Source: Oopsacas minuta (taxonomy: Eukaryota > Animalia > Porifera). Taken from it: a stretch of 64,000 nucleotides of DNA. Of the stretch, positions 1-10,641 are shown piece after piece (position 1 is the stretch's first letter; every line of letters begins with the position of its first letter). The translations under genes and the position numbers were made by a program. The notes under the pieces were generated by a model, which worked only from the letters and a program-made list of their open reading frames with translations, had not been told where the DNA came from and did not search any database. The DNA is taken from assembly GCA_024704765.1 (NCBI GenBank), contig JAKMXF010000301.1:53945-117944 (forward strand), read 5' to 3'.

Positions 1-990
1 AGGAACTAATATTAATGAATATTTATAGCCTGTATCTTGTTATCCAATCATTATTCCTATGCACACTGAGGGACAATTATTACTCAACAAAAGGTGTCAG
101 CCTGGAAATCTGACATTGCATTTGCATGCAACTGGTTCAATTGTAAAAAATTGAGAAAATGCATAAAAGAATGGTATTTTATGCATTAACAGTGAAACAT
201 CCAGAGGCTAAAACTTCTCCTACATCTCATTCTACAAAATCTATAAACTCTATCCAAAAATAAATTTCTGCAAGAAAACATGCAATATTATTTTCCAAAT
301 CTACCTGAGTATTTGGCAACACATTATATAACAAATAGTACTTATGGACTGGCTTGATAAGTGGCCAGGCCTTATATTACTTTGAAATGTAAATGATACT
401 TTTACAACCACCATTGTCAAAAATGAAGCAATATTGTGCAATATATAATATTTAAAATAAGAAACAAAAATAATACCAGGTGATTTATAAAAGGGATTTA
501 TGAGGAATTTTCTAGTAGAATTAAAGCATCTGATTTAATTCCTTTCAATTAACAACAAAATGTTGAAGAAAACAAAAACGGAAAAGGGAGAGATTGTACA
601 CAAATAGAAGAAATAAGTGAAAGAAAAAAGACAAATCTTAGTTATTTCAAACCATGTCAATTACCCAAAAGTAACTTTTGTGAAAAGAGTTTGAAATACA
701 AGAAAACTATACCTAAACCTTATAAAACAGAGAAATAAGAGGTAGTAAAAGGTTGGAACATCAAGAAATATCAGAGATCAGTCCGTGCGAAATCCAAAGT
801 GATGATAGCATCCTTGATCAGGGATCATATGGTGTTATTTTTATGATAATTTGTTACCTCTTACCCCTGATTGACTATGGCAGAAATGTAAAGAATTTCA
901 TATGTAATATTTGTAAGTGGCGTTATTTATGGAAAGGAAGCTATTGATAAATCATTAGAAATTTGTGAGCGCTGGACTAAAGAAAAGTGA

Positions 991-1392
991 ATATCTCCCG
1001 AAGGCTATTTTTTCTTTAGTTCTCTATCTTATGTAATCACGGGCTCAGATCATTGTCATAAAGAAATTAGAGAATGGTAACTCAGGAAAATGAGTAATAA
1101 GTTTTGCATACCATGCACGAACTATAGGATTTGCATCCTAAGCAGCGTTGTAGCAAGATTGAAGAGTACATAACTATAAGTATGATGGATCGGGTAGGGT
1201 CTTATGGAACTGACCTAGAAGGATTTTTAGCAGCACAACTCCTGAGCATAGATAATTTGGTATTTAAAATGCAAATTGTTGTTGAAATATATTTTCCTTT
1301 ATGGATTCAATATGAGATACGATGTATATAACATAACTGAGAAGTACATGTTTTGCGCTTGTATATCAGTCATCTTCAACCAGCGACTAAAG
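991..1392 (+). pseudogene. Degenerate OTU-family cysteine protease (deubiquitinase-like) fragment
   Basis: Translation gives ISPEGYFFFSSLSYVITGSDHCHKEIREW (typical OTU: GDGNCFFRALSY.ITG.E..H..IR), then EEYITISMMDRVGSYGTDLEGFLAAQLLSIDNLVF (typical: Y...M...G.WG.D.EI.A.A.LL...I.V) and LYISHLQPA (His loop). The catalytic Cys position is mutated and stops are present. Confidence 0.6.
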
Positions 1393-1913
1393 TGAACACG
1401 TTGGGAAAATGTGTTTATGGAGGGATATGTAAAGAATTTTATCTAACTCAATGACTCCACTCCTTCGACATTGGCACTACAGAATCAATGCTGAGAAATT
1501 AGTTTAGATAAAACCATTATTGCCAAATTATAGATATAGATTTAGATTGCAGCATTGTAGGAAATTGCATTCAAAAGATTTATGATACATAATTCTATTC
1601 TATATAGAATGAAAGTGTGACTTATAGAAGCAATAAACTGAAATGTCATAAAAATGGCGGAATGCCCTTAGGCCAGCACTGTGAATTACCAACGGAGATC
1701 ACTTTAAGTCTGTAGGTTTTACAGTTGTTAAAATGGGTACAAAATGTTGGTCTATTTCGCTCCTAACTTCACACTAAAAATCTTTGATCACCTTCACATG
1801 TACAACTTTGGCAAATACAGTGATCTACTTTCAGTGACACATCATGCACTTATAGTCAAATTTCTTACATATAGAGGTGCTAAAATTATGTATCAGGGCA
1901 TGTCTACTAAATA

Positions 1914-2694
1914 CAGTGGAAGCCACTTAATCGGGACTCGGATAATCGGGACTCGGATAATCGGGATATCCACTTAAACGAGACAATAGTTTGGGGACAG
2001 ATTTTTACATAGAAAAATCGTCAGATAATTGGGGCATTGAATCGGTTAATTGGGATTTTTTCTCCCGATAACCCGAATATTTAAAGTTCATAATCGGTTA
2101 TTTAGAATTTCTTATCCCGATTTACCGGATATGAATTATATTCGCTTTATTAGGATTTCTATCCCAATTTTACGATTGTATATTTATTCAGAATCATTGT
2201 AAAATGGTTTGTTCTAAAACTATGAATTTGAATATTATTTACAATCATAACAATACAACACCAATGCGATTACCATTTACTATACTAAGATTATTAACAT
2301 TGCTCACTTGCCTCAGTTTCCATTGGCTATTCCAGTGTATAATTCCCTCAATAATGGTCACACTATTGCATATCAAAACGTTTTTGCATGGGTTGCAGTA
2401 ATAAGCACATGCTTTATTATTTAAACTTTACTTTCTTACTTTCTAAGTATATAGCGTAACGCATTTTATGACCTCTTGGACCGGAACTATACTCATACTG
2501 CAACCAAATCTCTACTAGACCCTAGATAAATCAGGATTAGTAGTATAGAAATAAGATATATCTGGTCATGTGACAAGGAAAATCTTATTTTGAATATTTG
2601 AATAATCATATCGGTTAATCAGTTAATCGGAACAATCAGTTAATCGAGACAAAACATTGACTCCCTAGCTGTCCCGATTAAGTGGCTTCCACTG
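1914..2694. mobile_element. Non-autonomous pogo/Tigger-type MITE (781 bp)
   Basis: Perfect 24-bp TIR CAGTGGAAGCCACTTAATCGGGAC (1914-1937 / 2671-2694). TA on the left flank, TG on the right. Repeated TAATCGG(G/A) subterminal motifs at both ends; no transposase. Confidence 0.85.
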
Positions 2695-4213
2695 TGGTAT
2701 ATTGTCTTATACTCTCATAGCTGATCCCCGAATAGAATCATGTATACTTTCCAACCAAAGCTATAAAGAAGCAGAGGAATTCCTAGTCGTGCCTTGATGG
2801 TTTCAAAAAGTTAGATAAATAGGCTGTAATGTATATTAAGCGTCGATATGTTGATCAGAGCGCATAAACACTATAAGAATTGTTCCAGAGAGTTACTGCT
2901 CGCTCCCGGTGTGATCTCATCTTTGTGATGACATGTACTACAAAAAAAGGGATGTAGGGATAGAAGGGCCAATCGGAAGCATTTACTGGACATGAATTGG
3001 CATTTATTTGAGCAAAGTTTGGTATATGAAGGTATCAACTATAGTGTTTTAATGTCTAAAGCAGAGTTACACGTTAGGCGAAAGTTCTAACCGCAGCTCG
3101 GCCCGAAATATTAGTAACCCTGCCTGCGCTAGCAAATGCATTATTCTTCTCGTAAGAAACCTACAAAGCATGTAAGACCCGGAGAAATTACCGTTCAATT
3201 TACTCCAAAGTATTCCTAAAGGATAACTCTTGACAATTCTTATAGTAACCTGAGATTGCGGAACTGTGCTAAGCTGTTTAACGCGTGGGTCAAAGTGTGA
3301 GTATTTCACGTCCGACAAAATTGTGATGGTTGTGTTTTTCAATTTTAGATCACTATCCCTATCATAATTTTGGGGTATATTGGGATTATTGTTGACTTGC
3401 TCATGCTAAATTTGTTTTGTAAATTCTTATATACAAATAACACATTCATTTGGGAGAAATGTTCCAGTTTCATATTATCGACGATAATAGAATTTCCCAT
3501 CAAAATGTATCCAATTCCTATTATCCCTGGTTAAAAGTAGTGATCAGATCAGACAGAAGTTAGACAGACGAGGTTATTCAAGTAGCATAAAGAGAAAGCC
3601 CTGTTGATGAAGATAGTGAAAGAAGTCACAAAGGGGGACGCTTTGGTGGTGACAAAGTTACAAAGAAGAATAAGCATAACATGTTCAAAAGCTAGCCGGA
3701 ATTACAGGAAGACACCTGGCGGTGTGAAGAGGAAAGTTAGAGAGCGTAGCATCTATATGCAATTAACTCCAAAATAATACAGAAGCTCTGACGAGTCTGA
3801 TACCTTGTGTAGCATATGTCACGATAGATAACCAAAACCTATACAAAAAGAGGCGAATCGGAAAGAAGAATCGATCATAATGCGAGGGCTATGATATCTG
3901 CAATGATTAAGTTCAGGTTCATGTTACAGTACTGATGCAGATCATGTGACACTGCAGGATCTTTCACCTTCGGTAAGTGTTCATGATACATTACAGGGTG
4001 TCTAATAAGTTCTGTTATACATTTTCGCGCCTTAGACTGTAGATATTAATATGCTTATGAAGTAATCTTCTAGAATTTCTTGTAGCATTTTTAGCGTTCT
4101 TTCGAATTATACCAAGTATATATCATTCAAGTTGATGAGTTCCCAGAAAATCACAAATCTGGGTTTAGCAACAGTGAAATTCTAAAAAGGCCAAAAATGA
4201 TAAAGTCAATCCC

Positions 4214-5146
4214 ATGTTGATCTATTGCACAATAAAACGTTATATAGAGACTGGGAGCGTGTCTGACAGAAAACGAATTGGTCGTCCAAGATCCGCTCGC
4301 ACACCAGCCCTGAAGAATAGTGTTAGATGTCGAATCCTGAGAAATCCCCGGCGTTCAATGCCAAAAATGTCTCGTGAATTCTGTGTCAATCACGAAACGA
4401 TGCGGAAATTGGTTGTAGTAGACCTAGGAATGAAGTCCTATAAGAGGGAAAACGTATACCATCTTAACGACTCCATACGTCGTAAGCGACTCGAAAGATG
4501 CATACAACTAAAAGCCCGATTCGCTCCTGGGACTGAAGATCAGATTCTTTTATCAGATGAGAAGCTGTTCACCGTTGAGGAGGCAAGCAATGGTCAAAAC
4601 GGCCGTATTCTTGCATCTCAAAGTCAGGATATCCCAGATAGCATCAAGTACATTGATAGAGTCCAGAAGCCTCTTTCTCTGATGGTATGTGCGGGAGTGT
4701 CTGCAGATTCACGGACAAACCTGATTTCTGTCCACCAAGGAATTAAAGTAAACTCCCAGACCTACAGAGAGCTGGTCTTGGAGCCTGAAATTGCGTCTGC
4801 TGGTGAGAAGTACCTTCAAAACCATCCTTGGATTTACCAACAAGACTCTGCGCCTGCACATGCTTCAAAAGTATCCCAGGGTTGGTTCCGAGAGCAAAAT
4901 ATCGATTTCATAAGTAAGGAGGGATGGCCACCATCAAGTCCAGATTTAAACCCACTCGACTATTCTGTTTGGGCAAACTTGGAGAGCCGGGCCTGTGCAA
5001 AATCTCACAAGAGTTTGGAGTCCCTCAAAGTTAGTTTGTTGAGCGAATGGCAGAAAATCTCACAGGAGGAGCTGCGAAAAGGTGTCAATCAGTTTCGGAG
5101 GAGGCTAACTTCCGTAATTCATAAAAAGGGAGGCTATATTCAATGA
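4214..5146 (+). CDS. maT DD37D transposase (310-aa open frame; native start lost)
   Basis: Motifs GRPRS, LSDEKLF, QQDSAPAH and WPPSSPDLNPLDYSVW, with 37 residues between the 2nd and 3rd Asp. Comparison with the copy at 54733 shows a 37-bp deletion that removes the native ATG (MLEEIR...). Confidence 0.9.
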   Translation: MLIYCTIKRYIETGSVSDRKRIGRPRSARTPALKNSVRCRILRNPRRSMPKMSREFCVNHETMRKLVVVDLGMKSYKRENVYHLNDSIRRKRLERCIQLKARFAPGTEDQILLSDEKLFTVEEASNGQNGRILASQSQDIPDSIKYIDRVQKPLSLMVCAGVSADSRTNLISVHQGIKVNSQTYRELVLEPEIASAGEKYLQNHPWIYQQDSAPAHASKVSQGWFREQNIDFISKEGWPPSSPDLNPLDYSVWANLESRACAKSHKSLESLKVSLLSEWQKISQEELRKGVNQFRRRLTSVIHKKGGYIQ

Positions 5147-6447
5147 TATTTGTGATGTAATTAGGAACATAAGTCCTAAGAAAATAGAAGGTTTCATGGC
5201 TTTACAATGGATAAATTTGAAATTATTGGGGAATTGATATACTAGGGCGTTCAATAAGTCTTGCGGGTGATATCATAGAATATGATACAAACACTGTACA
5301 CACTAATTCACTATATTATTTTTCAAAGTAATCTCCTCCTGCAGATACACAAAGTTTTAACCTTTCCAGCCACTTGTGAAACACATTTCTGTACTCTTCT
5401 TCGGGGATGGGTTTGAAGTACTGGTACAGGCCAGTTCCGAGTGCTTGTAATGTGTTAAAATCTTTGCCTTGAAGATAGATTTTACGCCTGGGGAGTAGCC
5501 AAAAATCACACGGAGCTAGGTCTGGTGAGTATGGTGGATGGGGGAGTAATGCTAACCCTTCTACATCCAAGAAATTTTTGGTAAGCTTAGCTGTATGGGA
5601 ACTGGCGTTATCAATTAAAATCTTCATTCCTCGAGTTCCGGATTTCGGGCGGTACTTTTCTATATTTTTATCAAATTTGGAAGCACTTGCTCTGTAAAGA
5701 AAATAACAATAACAGCCTTGCCACTCCCACAAGGTAATTGCAAGACAATTCCATGACTACTGAAGAAGATGGTATACATAATCTTAGGTTTTCTGAAGTC
5801 GGGCCTAGGAATTTTCCCGGTTGTTCGTCGCCCCTCATCCATGCACAGTGTACCGATATGGTGTATTAGGCAAAATTTCAATCGCGAATTTAACTACGTT
5901 TATATGAATCTCCATTGTCCAATTAGTAGGAAAATATTGATGATTGCATGTATGATCCATAGGAATTTAGATTACAGCGAGCTAAAGTAAGCATATTTTA
6001 GATTATTTTAAATAGCTAACCGCAATAGCAAATACCTAACTACCTTAGCAACAATTTTCTTTTAAATATATACTATATAACATTTGTAGTTTATCATCAA
6101 TTTGACGTATTTCTTATATTAGATTAGTTTATGTAATTACTACAAGTATTATTGGTTCCAATTAATTTGGTTGGCTGTCTAGTTTTAAAGGCCTGGAGTG
6201 AAATATTTTAGTCTTAATATAATGTTTGGAGTGTGCATCTATCACGTGACAAAAGAGGACGATAATTTATTGTTAATCGCTTACATTTTTGAAATTATAT
6301 ACCAATTTTCAGACGTGCACCGGATGCACAAATATATTTTTGAGTACATCAATGCTTGGACCGGACAATAATCGGAAAATGCATTTTTAGAATTTTTTGA
6401 TATTCAAGTAAATTCTATATATTCTTGCCCTCATGTAAATTTAGACG

Positions 6448-9400
6448 ATGCACGAAAATAATTTTAATCTTTTCTGTATATTAATAGCTCCTAGTGAATT
6501 AATGGCCCCTGTTGTGACCAACAAAGAAGTGTATGCTAGCAATATCTCAATGAGTAAAAGCCCTAAAGCCACTGCGCAGTATCCTATTGATGATAGTAAT
6601 ATTTCACAGGAAGAACATGATACTATTCTATATAAGTTCAAGTCCCTTATATCATCCAGAGAGTATTACCGGAAGAAGAGTGATCTTGAGACCTGGGAGA
6701 ATTTGACCTTCCATTCATATACTGCACCTCTATCAACTTCCATTCCGAGAAAGAAGAGAATCACACTCGATCCTGGATTAGAACTTTTCTGTAAGGTTTC
6801 TATTTCAGAAAGTCGAAATTTCTCTGAAGAAATTACCCATGATTCCAGAATGCATTTACTTGATTTCAATCTTCAAACTTCTAGATCTAGGCTGAGCATT
6901 CTTTTAGACCAGTGGTTCTCAAACTTTTTCTCATTGCGTACCCCTCAAGCTGGACCTTGTGTGTGATGTACCCCTTAAAATGGTCTGCATTGTAAATATT
7001 AGGTTTACAATCCCTTTTACCCAGCTGTGAAAAATAAAAGTGTTTTGTATTCTAGCAATATAAATAAAGTAGATAATTAATTAGTGGGAAGGATGTGCTT
7101 GCATGTTGTGTATCAGACTATTAATTCGTGGCACAGTTTTTGAATGGGCCAGACTGAGATCAGCTTCCATAGACAACCGCGCTCGAAATTTATTTTAATT
7201 AGTAATAGCGCTGAAAATCCTTGTTCACAAAGGTAAGTACTGGGAAACATCAACAAGGTTTTTACTGCTCTATCTGCCACGTTGGGATATATCAAGCTCA
7301 TTTCGTACCAGAACTTTGTGAGTGCGAGTGTTTCAAATTGATCTCGGGCAACAGATTCATTGACTAATTCAACAAATTCCTCTTGGACTCTGTCTAGTAT
7401 AGAACTTACATCGCATCTAAATGGATTTCGAATCATTTTCATGTCCAGGTCGCTCAAGTCTGGGAAGTAAATTGAAATTCATTTCGCATTGCTGAGAGGT
7501 GAGCCTTTACTAGAGAAGAATACTTGACTTCTCTTTCACATCTCGTTCAAAGAATTCAAGCGATTGGTTTTCAGTGAATATACTCGAGAGAGCATGTTCC
7601 TTCGTGAGAGCCAACGAACTTCAGTATAGGACAGCAAATTCTGATGGTCAATATCTAATTCTTGGCACAATAGGCGGAACACACATGTATTAAGAGCACT
7701 GGACTTGATAAAAATTGACCATGGTGACAACATCATCAAGAACAGGTTTTAGATCGGATGGAAGTGTTTAAGACGCAAGAGCGTATCGGTGTATCGTACA
7801 GTGATTGTGTTTCGAAACGGGATTCACTGTCTTTACCCGAGCTCGAAATCCCGAATGAATTCCAAGCATAGCAGGAGTACCATCTGTTGTGCAAGCAGAA
7901 ACATTCTTCCAGGATAGTCTCATTCTACCAAAGTAATCAGAGACCTGCTGGAAGACATCTTCTCCTTTTGTAGTTGTTTCCAAACAATGGCAAAATAGGA
8001 ACTCTTCCTTGAAGTCCCCGTCTTTGATGCACCGTGCAAATACCAGTAGTTGTGCACAACTAGAAACATCCGTTGACTCATCAAGTTGAATTGAAAATGT
8101 GTTCAACGGGGCTCCCAAATCTCAGCAACAACCTGCTGCTCAACGTCATCTGCCATATCTGTAATTCGGCGTTTGATTGTGTCGTTCGAGAGAGGCAGAG
8201 AGGCGAGTTCTTTTCGGCGCAATCTCCCAAAATGCAGTGCACGATGTCATTACAACTGGGGAGTATATGATTTTCTGCAATCGTATGTGGTTTCTTTTCT
8301 TGAGCGATTCGCAAAGCCACCATGTACGAGGCACGAAGACCTGATTGAGTCTGTTGTCTTAATTATCCTCTGTGATCTATATGGATTCGCTTTACTCCTA
8401 CCTCTTGGTGCTTGAAGAAATCTATATCCTTATCTGCAAGATTTGGGTGGCACCCGCTTAAATGGCGTTTTAGAAAAACTTGGTTTCATCGAGCCCTCAG
8501 ATAGCATCTTATAACATATTACACATTGTGGTAGTTCCCGTCCCTCTTTAAGTATGGATGTAAATCCATATTTGATATAGTCTTCATTATACTTCTGTTT
8601 CTTAGCAGATTCCATATGAATTTGGTGATAAAGTCAAGGTCTCAAAGAAATACTCTTCTAATTTCCATTTTATAAAAACAATACGATACACGGGTGGGTG
8701 TGATATTCAAATCAATATGAGTTGACACATATGTACGGACAATGGAATCCTTAATTAGCATAACTTCAAAAAAATAAATATTCAAGGGTGATAATAATTA
8801 GTGACGAAACCATTGTAACTGATACATATTAATTATTTGGCATGAAATTACTATCTATGTGCTGAGTCTGTTGACATGATAGTGTGTAACTCGAAATATT
8901 TGTATATGATTATTACAGAATTGATATGATTAGGTGAAACACCGGCGTACCCCTAGGAAAAGTGCTGGCGTACCCCAGTTTGAGAACCACTGTTTTAGAC
9001 CATATTCATTTCTTAGCTGAAAGAGAAAATGTTGATCCTAAACACTAGCTGCTCTGGCTTTAGAGTTAACATCTAACAATTATTACGATCGCGATACCTC
9101 ACAAGTGTGTAAGGAGATCATCAACAAGGGCTCTTTTAGTGGAATCTTGCACAAAGCGGCAATCGATAAATCTGCCATTCTGTTAGACTGTTTAGAGATT
9201 GGAGCGAGCAAATATAAAAATTTAAAAAAAATCCTCAAATATCAAGTCAAATTACCATCTTATGAGCTTGTCTACAGATATCGTAGAGAAATAACTTTGA
9301 TTGATGAGATCGAGATAGTCCATGATCCTGAAGGTTTCTCAACTGGAACTTGTATCTCCTATCATTCGATACTAAAGCTTACAGTCGAACGCTTGATTTC

Positions 9401-10641
9401 AATGTTAGTGCCAATTTCTATTTCACAATATCCGCTCACAGTTAAGATATCAGATGGATTAGATGGTTCTGGGTCTCATTGCACCTATAACCAACAAAAT
9501 AATAACCCTGCCTTTAGTGCTAAATCTTTCATCTTATTGGGATTCAAAATATTATCAATAGCAGATACACTTGGAAACGATGTCTTCTACAACCATTCTC
9601 CTAACTCCCCCTTTTGTTTCAGACCGGTTGCGTTGATAGCATTGAAAGAGGATTATAATAATGTTCATTTTATCATGGATAAAATTGTCAATCCCCAAAC
9701 CGACCAAATATTGGTGAACGGATTATCCCTGATAGGAGGACATGTACAAGTTAACAATGTTCGTTCTCTCTTTGACACCACAATGGCTGGACTGTTAGAT
9801 GGTGTTGGAGGTGCTTCTTGTCATCTATGTACTGCATCGGACGAAGAAATTAACAGCATTGACTGGGTTCGTTCTGGATTCCCCATAAACAGGTTAATTA
9901 GCGATGCTGGGCAACTCATTGATGATGTTAATGAAGATGACTTCCTCAAACTCTCATCCAAACAAAGCTGGGTATAACTCACAAACCCACATCTGACATC
10001 AATATAATTGCTGCCCCTTTGCATGCGTACCAATGTGTATTCCGGTGTAGTTTCAGTGTGGATATTCCATCAAGTCAGAGCGGTACATCAACTACTGGGA
10101 ACATTGCACGTGATTGCTCTTTGGATAAGCGAGACTTTTTAAAATGGACGACTTCCTCGATTAATCTATCTGATAAACCCTTATTAGAGAAGATCCAGAC
10201 TAATCTATCTGTGGTGTTACGACTTGTGAACAGCGGTAACTTAATTAATTGTAACAAAATGGAAGAATTGTGTAAAGAAACGTATGAATACATCTTAGTT
10301 CAGTTTCCATGGGGGAATATCACCCCCTCTTTACACAAGCTACTTTCCCATTCTTTCAAGATTATTGGAGATTATAATAATGGCAGGGGATTACAGAATC
10401 TATCAGAGGAATGTTTAGAAGCTTGTAATAAGTTCGTGAGGCGGTATCGGGAAAATCTTGCCAGAAAAACATCATTCTCGACAATGTACGAGATATTCTA
10501 GTTTGCCTTCTGTGTTGTAGTGATCCCCTACTAGTGCAGAATCGTTTTACATCCACCAAAATGAGGAATTCTAGTGCAATTGATCCAAATAGCCTCCAAG
10601 ATATCTTATATAATAGCATAGTGTTGGAGAATGATAATTAA
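6448..10641 (+). pseudogene. RAG1-like/Transib transposase, ~700 aa reconstructed, disrupted by a hAT insertion and at least 3 frameshifts
   Basis: Reading frame joins across the hAT (..SILLD|HIHFLAERE..). Motifs and RAG1 equivalents: KISDGLDGSGSH (D600), SPNSPFCFRPVALI, SLFDTTM (D708), GASCHLC (ZnB Cys pair), PLHAY, GTSTTGNIAR (cf. NGNFAR), ITPSLHKLLSH (ZnB His pair), LSEECLEACNKFVRRYRENLARK (E962), SDP. Frameshifts near 9045, 9970 and 10480. Confidence 0.85.
6910..8992 (-). mobile_element. hAT transposon, Buster/Charlie group (ZBED5/8-like transposase, degenerate)
   Basis: Perfect 16-bp TIR CAGTGGTTCTCAAACT. 8-bp TSD TTTTAGAC (6902-6909 / 8993-9000) with the central TA typical of Busters. 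Minus-strand fragments: BED-like PQCVIC, KKPHTIAENHILP, FSIQLDESTD, TTDGTPAMLG, HCTIHRYALA, EVRWLSR, FPSTYLCEQGFS. Confidence 0.93.

Noticed and set aside
753-990. Apparent protein-kinase motifs (DQGSYGVIF, IDYG, K*ISPEG)
   Set aside because: The spacing between the Gly-loop-like and DFG-like words is about 15 aa instead of over 100, and the ISPEG segment is better explained as the start of the OTU domain.
2690-2696. CACTGTG heptamer
   Set aside because: It is formed by the end of the pogo MITE TIR (CCACTG) plus flanking TG; no partner end or TSD.
5851-6447. RAG2-like gene inside the RAG1-like element
   Set aside because: There is no sizeable ORF or kelch-like pattern, and the non-RAG1 parts of the element total only about 1 kb.
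6910-6966. C-terminus of the 172-aa ORF 6448-6966 as a standalone protein
   Set aside because: The last 18 codons are read-through into the hAT terminus; the real frame continues at 9001 as the RAG1-like transposase.
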